From the NCBI GenBank assembly GCA_041181005.1, contig JBEGQL010000032.1, positions 13,082 through 77,081 of the forward strand: a DNA stretch of 64,000 bases. Direction: 5' to 3'. The position numbers and the translations under genes were made by a program. How positions within the stretch are numbered: position 1 is the first letter of the stretch; every line of letters begins with the position of its first letter. The stretch is from Actinomycetota bacterium (lineage in GTDB: Bacteria; Actinomycetota; Acidimicrobiia; Acidimicrobiales; Ilumatobacteraceae). This document shows, piece after piece, positions 29,219 to 37,722 of the stretch. The notes under the pieces were generated by a model. That model made no database searches and was not told the origin of the DNA. It saw only the letters and a list, made by a program, of their open reading frames with translations.

Positions 29219-29815
29219 GTGGTCATAGGGAGAAACGCCGACTGGGGCTCACCGGCCGATGCGGTCCGCAGAGCGGTCGCACATGACGATGCCTCGGTGG
29301 TGCGGCTGCAGGGCCCCGTCGCCCCGCGAACGTCCGGGGGGAACCTGCACCGTGCCCTCGGCAGCCCGGCACCCCCTGCAGGGGTGTCAGCCGGAGTCGA
29401 GCTGACAATCGATGCACTCGAGGTGACCGTCACCGTCCGCGGCGGGACTCTCGTCGTGAGGGCCTGTGCCGAGGTGGTCATTGGATCCTGGTTCTCGCGC
29501 CACGGCTTCGTTCTCGTGACGAACGTGGGTATGTGGAACGGGTTGGACGCGGCACCAGGGGGTCACCCGAACGACGGTCGCTTCGAGGTGGTCGAACTCC
29601 GCGCGGGCATGACGCTCAGGGACCGCACGGCAGCACGGAGGCGCGCCCGGACAGGCAACCACGTTCCCCACCCGTTCATCAACACCCGGACCGAGCAGAC
29701 ATTCTCCGCGTCGCGGCTGGGGCACCAACGTCTCTGGATCGACTCCGTCCCGGTTCCGGGCTGGCTCGACGTGAACGTCGTACTGCGACCGGACGCTCTC
29801 CGCGTGGTCGTGTGA
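29219..29815 (+). CDS. hypothetical protein resembling only the C-terminal beta-sandwich domain of diacylglycerol/lipid kinases
   Basis: FVLVTNVGMWNGLDAAPGGHPNDGRFEVVEL ... TGNHVPHP ... LWIDSVPV...VVLRPDALRVVV follows the DAGK C-domain pattern; no GGDGT N-domain; start uncertain (29168-29219). Confidence 0.45.
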   Translation: MVIGRNADWGSPADAVRRAVAHDDASVVRLQGPVAPRTSGGNLHRALGSPAPPAGVSAGVELTIDALEVTVTVRGGTLVVRACAEVVIGSWFSRHGFVLVTNVGMWNGLDAAPGGHPNDGRFEVVELRAGMTLRDRTAARRRARTGNHVPHPFINTRTEQTFSASRLGHQRLWIDSVPVPGWLDVNVVLRPDALRVVV

Positions 29816-29845
29816 CCCCCGGCACCGGTGACCTACATTCTCGGG

Positions 29846-30832
29846 ATGCGTGCGTGGATCCTCGACTCATCGCCGGGCGCGTACCGCTTCGGGGAGGTTG
29901 AGTGCCCACCTCCCGGCCCCGGAGAGGTCCGGATTGCTGTGCGAGCGAGCGCCCTCAACCACATGGACCTCTGGGTGACACGCGGAACGCCGCGTCCCGC
30001 GCTCCCGCACGTCCCGGGTTGTGATGCGGTCGGCACCGTTGAGTCCGTGGGCGACGGGGTGGAGGGGTTGCGTGAGGGGGACGAGGTCGTGGTGAATCCC
30101 GGTATCAGCCCGGTGCGGGACATGGCGACTCTCGGTGTGGACAGCCCCCTCTCGCGGGAGTTCCGCATCTGGGGCGAGCACACCTGGGGTGGGCACGCGG
30201 ATCTCGCAGTTGCACCGGCACGCAATGTCCGGCCTGTGCCGGCCGGTCGCTCGTTGGAGGAATGCGCGGCCTTCCCGGTTGCGTATCTCACTGCGCTCAG
30301 GATGCTGAGACGGGGAAGGGTCGGGCGCGGGACCCGGGTTCTCGTGGTGGGTATCGGGTCGGGTGTGTCGAGTGCGGCACTCGATCTCGCCAAGCACATG
30401 GGAGCCCATGTGTCCGTGACGAGCAGGGACGGAAAGAAGCTCGAGGAGGCCTCCCGCCGGGGAGCTGATGTGCTCGTCGACACGCGAGCCGAGTCGTGGG
30501 GTGTGGAGGCCGAGGTGGTCATCGAGAGCGTCGGAGCGGCGACGTGGGAGAAGTCCGTCGAGAGTCTCGTGCCGGGCGGGCGGCTTGTGGTGTGCGGTGG
30601 CTCCTCGGGTGGCGAGGTGACACTGCGGCTCCCGAGACTGTGGTTCCGCCAGCACGAGATCATCGGCTCGACAATGGGCAGCTACCAGGAGTTCGACACG
30701 CTGCTGCGCATGATGGAAGAAGGCTTGCCTGTCGCGGTGGACTCGGTGTGTCCGTTCGCGGACTACCCTGCGGCACTCGAGCGGCTCGCCCGGGGTCGGC
30801 AACTCGGAAAGGTGGTTCTTGCCCATGGCTGA
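29846..30832 (+). CDS. zinc-type alcohol dehydrogenase / quinone oxidoreductase (MDR family)
   Basis: MRAWIL...GEVRIAVRASALNHMDLW, VLVVGIGSGVSSAA Rossmann motif. Confidence 0.8.
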   Translation: MRAWILDSSPGAYRFGEVECPPPGPGEVRIAVRASALNHMDLWVTRGTPRPALPHVPGCDAVGTVESVGDGVEGLREGDEVVVNPGISPVRDMATLGVDSPLSREFRIWGEHTWGGHADLAVAPARNVRPVPAGRSLEECAAFPVAYLTALRMLRRGRVGRGTRVLVVGIGSGVSSAALDLAKHMGAHVSVTSRDGKKLEEASRRGADVLVDTRAESWGVEAEVVIESVGAATWEKSVESLVPGGRLVVCGGSSGGEVTLRLPRLWFRQHEIIGSTMGSYQEFDTLLRMMEEGLPVAVDSVCPFADYPAALERLARGRQLGKVVLAHG

Positions 30833-32036
30833 ACCCGCGGACAGGGATGTCACCGCCATCAAGGAACGCGTGCGGGCCGTCATCACCGCTCATGCACCGG
30901 CGCTGGTGGAGGTGAGCCACGAGATCCATGCACATCCCGAGCTGAACTTCGAGGAGACCTTCGCCTCGACGCTGCTGGCGAGGACATCCACGCGACTCGG
31001 TCTCGAGGCCGAACTGGGGGCCTACGGCGTCGGAACCGGTGTGGCAGCCGAGACAGGGAGCGGACCGACCGTGTGCGTGATGTCGGAGTACGACGCCCTC
31101 CCCGGGATCGGCCACGGTTGTGGTCACAACGTGATCGCGGCGGCAGGTCTGGGTGCTGCGGTCGGGCTCGCGGCTGTCGCGGGGGAGTGCGGTGGCCGTC
31201 TCCGGTTCCTCGGGACGCCGGCGGAGGAAGGCGGCGGGGGCAAGATCGTGATGGCCCGGAACGGTGCGCTTGTCGGGGTGGACGCCGCGATGATGGTGCA
31301 CTCTGCGGATGCCGATCTCACACAGATCGACGCGATTGCCCTTCAGCAGCTCCGCGTGGAGTACCTCGGCAAGGAGGCGCACGCCGCGGCAGCCCCTCAC
31401 CTCGGTGCGAACGCCCTTGATGCGGCAGTTCTCGGGTACATGGGGGTCGCCGCGCTGCGCCAGCACATCCTGCCGACGGAGCGCGTTCACGGCATCTTTC
31501 TCGAGGCAGGTGTGAAGCCGAACATCGTCCCGAACAGGGCGAGCACGGAGTGGTACGTGCGTTCGGACGACATCACGTCGCTCGGCACGCTGAAGGAGAG
31601 GGTTCTTGCGGCGCTGTCGGCCGGAGCCGCCGCATGTGGTTGTGGCTTCTCCCACGAGTGGGTCGGGGATGCGTACGCCGATCTGGTGACGAACGGCCAC
31701 CTGGCCGCGTCGTACGTCACGAACGCGGCGCTTGTCGGCCGGAGCGTGGGGGACCCGGCCGTCTCGGGGCACCGTGTCGTGGGGAGCACCGACATGGGCA
31801 ACGTGAGTCATCTCGTCCCCACGATCCATCCGATGGTCAAGTGCGCTCCTGCGGGAACTGCAATCCACACCGAGGCGTTCGCCGGTCATGCCCGTTCTGC
31901 GCTGGCCGATTCCGCCGTCATCGACGGGGCTGTCGCCATGGCCTTCACGGCTGTCGACTTCTGGGTCTCGGAGCGGCTCCGCAAGCAGGTGCGCGCCGAT
32001 TTCGAGCATGCGAACCCCAGCCCCGAAGTGCTCTGA
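30825..32036 (+). CDS. M20-family amidohydrolase/peptidase (AbgB-like)
   Basis: HAHPELNFEE, EYDALPGIGHGCGHN, GTPAEEGGGGK; ATG 30825 with upstream GGAAAGGTGG. Confidence 0.8.
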   Translation: MAEPADRDVTAIKERVRAVITAHAPALVEVSHEIHAHPELNFEETFASTLLARTSTRLGLEAELGAYGVGTGVAAETGSGPTVCVMSEYDALPGIGHGCGHNVIAAAGLGAAVGLAAVAGECGGRLRFLGTPAEEGGGGKIVMARNGALVGVDAAMMVHSADADLTQIDAIALQQLRVEYLGKEAHAAAAPHLGANALDAAVLGYMGVAALRQHILPTERVHGIFLEAGVKPNIVPNRASTEWYVRSDDITSLGTLKERVLAALSAGAAACGCGFSHEWVGDAYADLVTNGHLAASYVTNAALVGRSVGDPAVSGHRVVGSTDMGNVSHLVPTIHPMVKCAPAGTAIHTEAFAGHARSALADSAVIDGAVAMAFTAVDFWVSERLRKQVRADFEHANPSPEVL

Positions 32037-32098
32037 CCCGGAAGCGGGCCCAGACGGGGGTACGCCGCCGGAACCGGCCGTTCTCGTAGCATCTCCAC

Positions 32099-33709
32099 GT
32101 GGCGGTGTACGTTCCCGAGTCCTATTCCGAGCGTGAGTCTCAGGTTCTCAGGCACTACTTCACCAACCTTGACCAACCCGTGTTCGCCCTGGTGAACCTT
32201 CCGGAGGTTGTGAAGGGCGCTCTGTTCGCACGGTACAGCAGGTCCTCGAAGAGCCTCCGACGACTGTTCCTCGATGAGTTCGTGAGTGATCTCGACATCA
32301 CCGGTGACGAGGCGGTGGACGCAACCATCGGCCTCGAACGCGCCGAGTCGCTCTACGAGAAGGTCTTCTTCGAGTACGGGGACGACTCCGTCGCCCAGCT
32401 CGGCGGCGTCCACCTCGCGTGCGAGCAGGCCTCGAACGTGTTGACGAAGATCCTCGAGTGGGGTCGTCTGATGAGCTACCTGGAGCAGAGCACCCGTTAC
32501 ATCGCCTATGACGAACGGCTCGGCGGTCGGTACCGGTACTACCGCGACCCCGACCTCGTCGCCGGACGCCACGGGACCCGCTATGTGGGCGACATGGACC
32601 GCATGTTCGACAGCTACAGCAAGATGGCGGAGGCGGTCACCGAGCACGTCCGCGCCACTGTGCCCCGCCAGCAGGGTGACAGCGACTTCGTCTGGCGTCA
32701 GGCCACGAGGGCGAAAGCCCTGGATGCGGTCCGGGGAGCGTTGCCGGCTGCGTCACTCTCCAACGTGGGTATCTACGGGAGTGGACAGGCCTTCGAGTCG
32801 CTCCTGCTGCGCATGCGCTCCCACCCCCTGCCCGAGGCGCGGCACTACGCAGATCTGATGCTCACGGAACTGCGGAAGGTCATCCCGAGTTTCCTGCGAC
32901 GTGTCGACATCCCGGAACGGGGCGGAGCATGGACCGACTACCTCGCATCAACTGCACGCGAGACGGCCGAACTCGCGGACGATTTCCTCGGTGCTTCGAT
33001 CGCTGAGGACACCGAAGAAGTCACGCTCGTGGACTTCGACCCTGACGGAGAGGCGAAAGTGGTTGCTGCGGCGCTCTATTCCCACTCGCACCTCCCGGAG
33101 TCCCAGATACTCGCCCTCGTCGACGCGATGCCGGTCGACCGGCGCACGGAGATCCTGCGCACGTACGTGGGGGAGCGGGCGAACCGCCGGCACCGACCCG
33201 GGCGCGCTTTCGAGCGAACCGACTACAGGTTCGATGTGCTCAGTGACTACGGGGCGTTCCGGGACCTGCAGCGTCACCGGATGCTGACCATCGAGTGGCA
33301 GCCGCTCACGCCGTACCACGGGTACAGCAAACCAGAACTCGTCGATGCGGCCGGGAGCGGCGGCTTGTTCGATGAGGTGATGGACCGCAGCAGCGGCCTG
33401 TTCGAGGCCCTCGTGGGTGAACATCCCCACCAGGCTTCCTACGCCGTCTCGATGGCGTACAGACTGCGTTACGTGATGCAGTTCAATGCGCGCGAGGCAA
33501 TGCACATGCTCGAGCTGCGTTCGAGCCCCCAGGGTCACCCTGCGTACCGCAGGGTTGCACTCGAGATGCACCGCCAGATTGCCGACGTGGCGGGCCACAG
33601 GGCCATTGCGGCAGCAATGACACACATGACGACGCAAGCCCCGGAACTCGAGCGACTCGCCTCCGAGAGGGCCGCAGAACGCCGGCGGGGGTCTGCTCAG
33701 GCGCAGTGA
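32099..33709 (+). CDS. fused double-domain ThyX (Thy1)-like protein, function uncertain
   Basis: First half: WGRLMSYLEQSTRY (ThyX RHR-x7-S-x-RY with RHR changed to WGR); second half: FRDLQRHRMLTIEW (RHR kept, Ser-x-RY absent); 536 aa. Confidence 0.65.
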   Translation: MAVYVPESYSERESQVLRHYFTNLDQPVFALVNLPEVVKGALFARYSRSSKSLRRLFLDEFVSDLDITGDEAVDATIGLERAESLYEKVFFEYGDDSVAQLGGVHLACEQASNVLTKILEWGRLMSYLEQSTRYIAYDERLGGRYRYYRDPDLVAGRHGTRYVGDMDRMFDSYSKMAEAVTEHVRATVPRQQGDSDFVWRQATRAKALDAVRGALPAASLSNVGIYGSGQAFESLLLRMRSHPLPEARHYADLMLTELRKVIPSFLRRVDIPERGGAWTDYLASTARETAELADDFLGASIAEDTEEVTLVDFDPDGEAKVVAAALYSHSHLPESQILALVDAMPVDRRTEILRTYVGERANRRHRPGRAFERTDYRFDVLSDYGAFRDLQRHRMLTIEWQPLTPYHGYSKPELVDAAGSGGLFDEVMDRSSGLFEALVGEHPHQASYAVSMAYRLRYVMQFNAREAMHMLELRSSPQGHPAYRRVALEMHRQIADVAGHRAIAAAMTHMTTQAPELERLASERAAERRRGSAQAQ

Positions 33710-33803
33710 CGCCCGTCACCCGCGAGCTGTCGGGGGTGCCCATTCGCCCGGTCCGGCCAGAACCTGCCTATTATCCCGCCCCGAAAGACCGCGGGAGGGT
33801 TGC

Positions 33804-34256
33804 GTGGCCAAGGATGAGATCGATCCGGAAGAGATCGAGGACCTCGAGATAGAGGAAGACCCCGAACTGGGGCTCGACGAGGATGCAGAACTGGGTCTCG
33901 ACGAGGATTTCGACGACGGCATCGGAGCCGACGGCGAGGAGTCGGACGACACCGGGCCGGTCGGGAAACCGGCGTCCCGCAAGTCGGGCGAGGACGACGA
34001 CGAGGACGAGGAGTTGCTCACTGCAGACGATGTCGAGGCAGACCTCGACAAGATCCTGAAGGACCGGTTGGCGAGCGAGGATCCCGCGGCCGAGGACGAG
34101 GACGAACCTGAGGTGGACGACCGATCCACCGCCGACGACTCTCTGCAGCCGAAGCGCGCCGACGAGGTGCAGTGTCCGAGCTGCTTCCTGCTGGTGCGGT
34201 CCGGTGCACCTGTGTGCCCGGTGGGTGACGACGCGTGCCCGGTGTTCGTCCGCTGA
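33804..34256 (+). CDS. DUF4193-like acidic protein with C-terminal Cys cluster
   Basis: Long D/E-rich N-part then EVQCPSCFLLVRSGAPVCPVGDDACPVF; GTG start. Confidence 0.65.
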   Translation: MAKDEIDPEEIEDLEIEEDPELGLDEDAELGLDEDFDDGIGADGEESDDTGPVGKPASRKSGEDDDEDEELLTADDVEADLDKILKDRLASEDPAAEDEDEPEVDDRSTADDSLQPKRADEVQCPSCFLLVRSGAPVCPVGDDACPVFVR

Positions 34257-34429
34257 TCGGTTCGGCCACCGGTCTGGTACGTGCCGCCGTGCGTCTGACG
34301 ACCCGCACACTCGACGGTCTGCGTCGGCAAGCCCCCGGTGCACGGATGATCGGCGAGATGACCGTGCGCTACGGCCGCAAGGAGGCCGAGCACAGGCTCG
34401 GGCTGAGGCGCAGGGACACTCCCGAGTGA
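34235..34429 (+). CDS. possible small basic ORF
   Basis: 64 codons filling the gap between DUF4193 and GNAT genes; its TGA overlaps the GNAT GTG (GTGA); no motif; weak call. Confidence 0.25.
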   Translation: MPGVRPLIGSATGLVRAAVRLTTRTLDGLRRQAPGARMIGEMTVRYGRKEAEHRLGLRRRDTPE

Positions 34430-34827
34430 CGATCTCGGTCCGGTCCGGTGGTCACGGTGATGCGCACACCCTGTTGGCCCACATGGGTGCGGGTGACGTT
34501 GAGCAAGCGTCGTACCGGGGACGACGGAACCCCGCTCCGGCAGCCGCGAACCTTCTGGTTGGCGAGATCGACGGCACGGTGTGCGGCACCCTGGGTTGGG
34601 TCCAGGACGGCACCGTCTGCAGCATCGTGCATGTCTACGTGGAGCCATGGGCGCGGAACGTGGGGGTGGGCGACGCACTGATGGACGCACTGCTCAGGGA
34701 AGCCGTCCGTTGCGGCGCCGCTGCAGTGGGTGCGTCCGCACTGCCGGGAGACCGCTCGTTGAAGAACCTGTTCGAGCGCAACGGGCTCGTCGCCCGCGAG
34801 ATCCTCGTGGAGCGGGTGCTTCCCTAG
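34426..34827 (+). CDS. GNAT family N-acetyltransferase
   Basis: VHVYVEPWARNVGVGDALMDALL (acetyl-CoA binding motif A-like); GTG 34426. Confidence 0.7.
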   Translation: MTISVRSGGHGDAHTLLAHMGAGDVEQASYRGRRNPAPAAANLLVGEIDGTVCGTLGWVQDGTVCSIVHVYVEPWARNVGVGDALMDALLREAVRCGAAAVGASALPGDRSLKNLFERNGLVAREILVERVLP

Positions 34828-35609
34828 CGACCCTTCCAGTTCGGCGGTCTCTTCTCGATGAACGCGGTGAGACCTTCCTTGGTGTCCTCCGAGTTCATCA
34901 CTGCGGCCATCTCCTTGTTGCTCATCGACTTGAGATCATCTTCCTCGAGATCGGCGGAGGCGAGCACGACCCGGCGACTCGCCTGGACCGCCAAAGGAGC
35001 CGCCGCCGCGATCTTCGCGGCGATCTCGAGCGCGGTCGGCAACACCTGGTCGGGTTCGACAACCCTGTTCACTAGCCCCAGTTCGTATGCCCTCGCCGCA
35101 GAGAGCGGCTCACCGGTGAGGATCACCTCCATGGCAGGTGCCTTCCCGATCGCTCGGGGGAGGCGGAAAAGTCCGCCCGCTGCGGCGATGAGGTTCCGTT
35201 TCACCTCGGCAAGACCGAACGCAGACCTGGTGGAGGCCACGATCAGATCGGACGCGAGCGCAATCTCGCAGCCCCCCGCTGTGGCCAGTCCGTCGATGGC
35301 AGCGATGATCGGTTTGCGCCGTTCCCTGTAGACATAGCCCCCGAATCCGCCGCGCTTGGTCCCCAGAGCGCCTCCCTGACCGGAGTTGATGGCCTTCAGG
35401 TCTGCTCCCGCGCAGAAGACAGGATTCGATTGACCAGCCGTGTTGGCAGTGAGGATCGCGACCCACACGCCGTCCTGCTCCTCGAACCTGTCGAGGACAG
35501 CCTCCATGTCGGCCGCCAGGTCACCGTTGACGGCGTTGCGTGCCTCGGGTCGGTTCAAAGTGATCAGTGCGACGTTGCCGCGCACTTCGTAAGTGACGAA
35601 ATCTCCCAT
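34824..35609 (-). CDS. enoyl-CoA hydratase/isomerase (crotonase family)
   Basis: VALITLNRPEARNAVN, FCAGADLK, IAAIDGLATAGGCEIALASD; ATG 35609. Confidence 0.88.
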   Translation of the reverse strand: MGDFVTYEVRGNVALITLNRPEARNAVNGDLAADMEAVLDRFEEQDGVWVAILTANTAGQSNPVFCAGADLKAINSGQGGALGTKRGGFGGYVYRERRKPIIAAIDGLATAGGCEIALASDLIVASTRSAFGLAEVKRNLIAAAGGLFRLPRAIGKAPAMEVILTGEPLSAARAYELGLVNRVVEPDQVLPTALEIAAKIAAAAPLAVQASRRVVLASADLEEDDLKSMSNKEMAAVMNSEDTKEGLTAFIEKRPPNWKGR

Positions 35610-35657
35610 GCGCCAACCGTAGTGCGGCACGTGCCGCACTGCGACGGCCGAAATACG

Positions 35658-37130
35658 TCAGTCCGCCGCGGTCTCGACGGTTTCGGCCGTCGAGGATGAA
35701 GCCGACTCAAGGGTTCCCGGGAGGGCATCCGTGACGGGTTCGGTGACCGAGTCGGTGGCTTCAGGTGCAGCAGTGGGCTTCCGGTCGCCGGGTCGACCGG
35801 CGCTCCTGCCCTTGCCTTCACCGGATCGGGCCAGCTTCTTGCGATCGGGTCTGTTCTTGTCCGTACGGGGTGCGCGCAGTGGTCTCGGCGCCGGAGCCTT
35901 CGGGTCCACCTGCACACCGAAGATCGCCGCGACCTGAGGCATCAGCGGGCCGAGGCGCATCACCGTCCTGGTGAGATCAGCCGACACCTCCGAACTCGGT
36001 GCCGCCGGCTTCACGAGCGAACGGACAGGCGAGAATGCGGCTGCCTCGAGAATGACTATCCAGCGCTCTGCCGGTGCGTCCATGCTGAGCGCTTCGGTGG
36101 TCCTGGCCGCAAGTGCGGCAGCCAGCGGTGCAGGGAAACGAACCCCGGCCTTGGGCGGTTGCGATGACAACTTGAGCGCCCTCGCCACCCTCCCGATGTC
36201 CGTCGCGGCCTTGATGTCATCCAGCCAGAGCTTTGTCTCTTCCTCGAGTCTGGCAGTGAGCGCCGTCTTCAGTTCCTCGGCCATCGCACGGGTCGACTCG
36301 TCCCGCACGATCGCAGGGTCGCTGGCACCGATGACGATTGCCCTCAGGTCGCGCAGGTCGACATCGCTGATGATTGCCTTGGCCGCGTCGGCGCGGTCCA
36401 GCCAGTCCGCCACCCGGAGGCGGGGGAGCAGGTTCTCCGCGAGTTGCACGAGACCGGTGCCCTCGATCTTCTCCTGACCTGCCGATACCGCAGAGCGGTT
36501 CTGCTCCTCGATCGCGGCCCGCACGGCGGGGATGCCGCCGTCCAGAACCTTTGCGGCAATGGGCCTGTGTGCCTCGGGCAACTCGGCGAGAACTGCGTCC
36601 CTTCGCGCACGACCGGGCCTGACACGCTTGGGCTTGGGACGCTGGGGGAGCTCCGGCGGCGCATCGAACCTGGGCCGACGTGGGCCACGCTCGCCGCGAT
36701 CCCTGCGCTCGCCACGCTCGCCGCGATCCCTGCGCTCGCCACGCTCGCCGCGATCCCTGCGCTCGCCACGCTCGCCGCGATCCCTGCGCTCGCCACGCTC
36801 GCGACGTGGCCCGCGGTCGCCACCGTTGCCCTTCTCGCGGCGTGCGGATGTCTGCACCACAGGATCGAAGGACTTCTCGCTCGGGATCAACTCGAGGAGA
36901 CCGCTCCGCGCTGTGCGTTGCTTGGGCATCTGTATCGCGAGCACGCGGGTTCCGTCGAGGTCGGACTCCACCTCCGCCCGCAGCACGTCCTTCACGCTCG
37001 AGCCGGTCGGCACGAGGGAGTCGTCCACCAGTCCCTTCGGCTCGCGTGCTCCGGCTGCTCGCCAGGTCCACGAGCCGTCGTCGCGCTTGCTCGTCAGTTC
37101 GATGTCGATCCGCCGTGACATAGGGGTCAT
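35658..37130 (-). CDS. hypothetical protein with Arg/Glu/Asp nonapeptide repeats
   Basis: Long ORF with coding-like composition; small N-domain, (RGERGERRD)x4 low-complexity linker, about 250-aa helical central region, basic Pro-rich tail; start ATG 37130 or 37121. Confidence 0.75.
   Translation of the reverse strand: MTPMSRRIDIELTSKRDDGSWTWRAAGAREPKGLVDDSLVPTGSSVKDVLRAEVESDLDGTRVLAIQMPKQRTARSGLLELIPSEKSFDPVVQTSARREKGNGGDRGPRRERGERRDRGERGERRDRGERGERRDRGERGERRDRGERGPRRPRFDAPPELPQRPKPKRVRPGRARRDAVLAELPEAHRPIAAKVLDGGIPAVRAAIEEQNRSAVSAGQEKIEGTGLVQLAENLLPRLRVADWLDRADAAKAIISDVDLRDLRAIVIGASDPAIVRDESTRAMAEELKTALTARLEEETKLWLDDIKAATDIGRVARALKLSSQPPKAGVRFPAPLAAALAARTTEALSMDAPAERWIVILEAAAFSPVRSLVKPAAPSSEVSADLTRTVMRLGPLMPQVAAIFGVQVDPKAPAPRPLRAPRTDKNRPDRKKLARSGEGKGRSAGRPGDRKPTAAPEATDSVTEPVTDALPGTLESASSSTAETVETAAD
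36685..36802. repeat. perfect in-frame 27-bp tandem repeat, 4 full copies plus 10 nt
   Basis: Unit CCACGCTCGCCGCGATCCCTGCGCTCG read four times without mismatch at 36685, 36712, 36739, 36766, partial fifth copy to 36802. Confidence 0.95.
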
Positions 37131-37203
37131 ACGGTAGCGAGGATCTGGCCGCGACACGCGTTCCGGCGGTCGCCCGGAGGGGCCGAGTTGCTACGGTTCG
37201 CCC

Positions 37204-37722
37204 ATGGCGCTGTACGCACTCGGGGACGTCGAACCCACGATCCATCCGACGGCTTTCGTGCATCCGGACGCAGTGATCATCGGGTTCGTCACGATCGGCG
37301 CGAACAGCAGCGTGTGGCCCGGGGCCGTTCTGCGCGGGGACGACGGATACATCGAGGTGGGCGAGCGCTCCAGCATCCAGGACGGCACCGTCGTGCACAC
37401 CACCCCCTTCACGCCAACGATCGTCGGGGATGACTGTGTGGTGGGGCACATTGCGCACCTGGAGGGGTGCTGGCTCGGCAACTTCAGCCAGGTCTCCTCC
37501 GGCGCCGTAGTCCTCCACAACGTCGTCGTGGGGGAGGGGGCCATCGTGGCGGCCAACGCCGTGGTCCTGAACAACACCCAGGTGCCGGCCGGCGCACTCG
37601 CGGTCGGGGCTCCTGCGGTGGTAAAGGAAGGCAGGGCCCGTCGCGAGGACATCGAGATGGGCGTGCGTGCCTACGTGGCCAAGGCAGAGAGGTTCACGCG
37701 GGAGATGCGCCGGATTGACTGA
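37204..37722 (+). CDS. gamma-carbonic-anhydrase-like hexapeptide-repeat protein
   Basis: MALYALGDVEPTIHPTAFVHPDAVIIG...SIQDGTVVH left-handed beta-helix repeats. Confidence 0.85.
   Translation: MALYALGDVEPTIHPTAFVHPDAVIIGFVTIGANSSVWPGAVLRGDDGYIEVGERSSIQDGTVVHTTPFTPTIVGDDCVVGHIAHLEGCWLGNFSQVSSGAVVLHNVVVGEGAIVAANAVVLNNTQVPAGALAVGAPAVVKEGRARREDIEMGVRAYVAKAERFTREMRRID

Noticed and set aside
27286-29481. 731-aa minus-strand ORF opposite helY
   Set aside because: It is the same shadow-frame artefact. helY on the plus strand has all the helicase motifs, and the antisense translation is low-complexity.
36685-36802. CRISPR-like array
   Set aside because: The repeats are directly adjacent with no spacers. 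They are in frame inside a long ORF, and no cas genes are present in the window.
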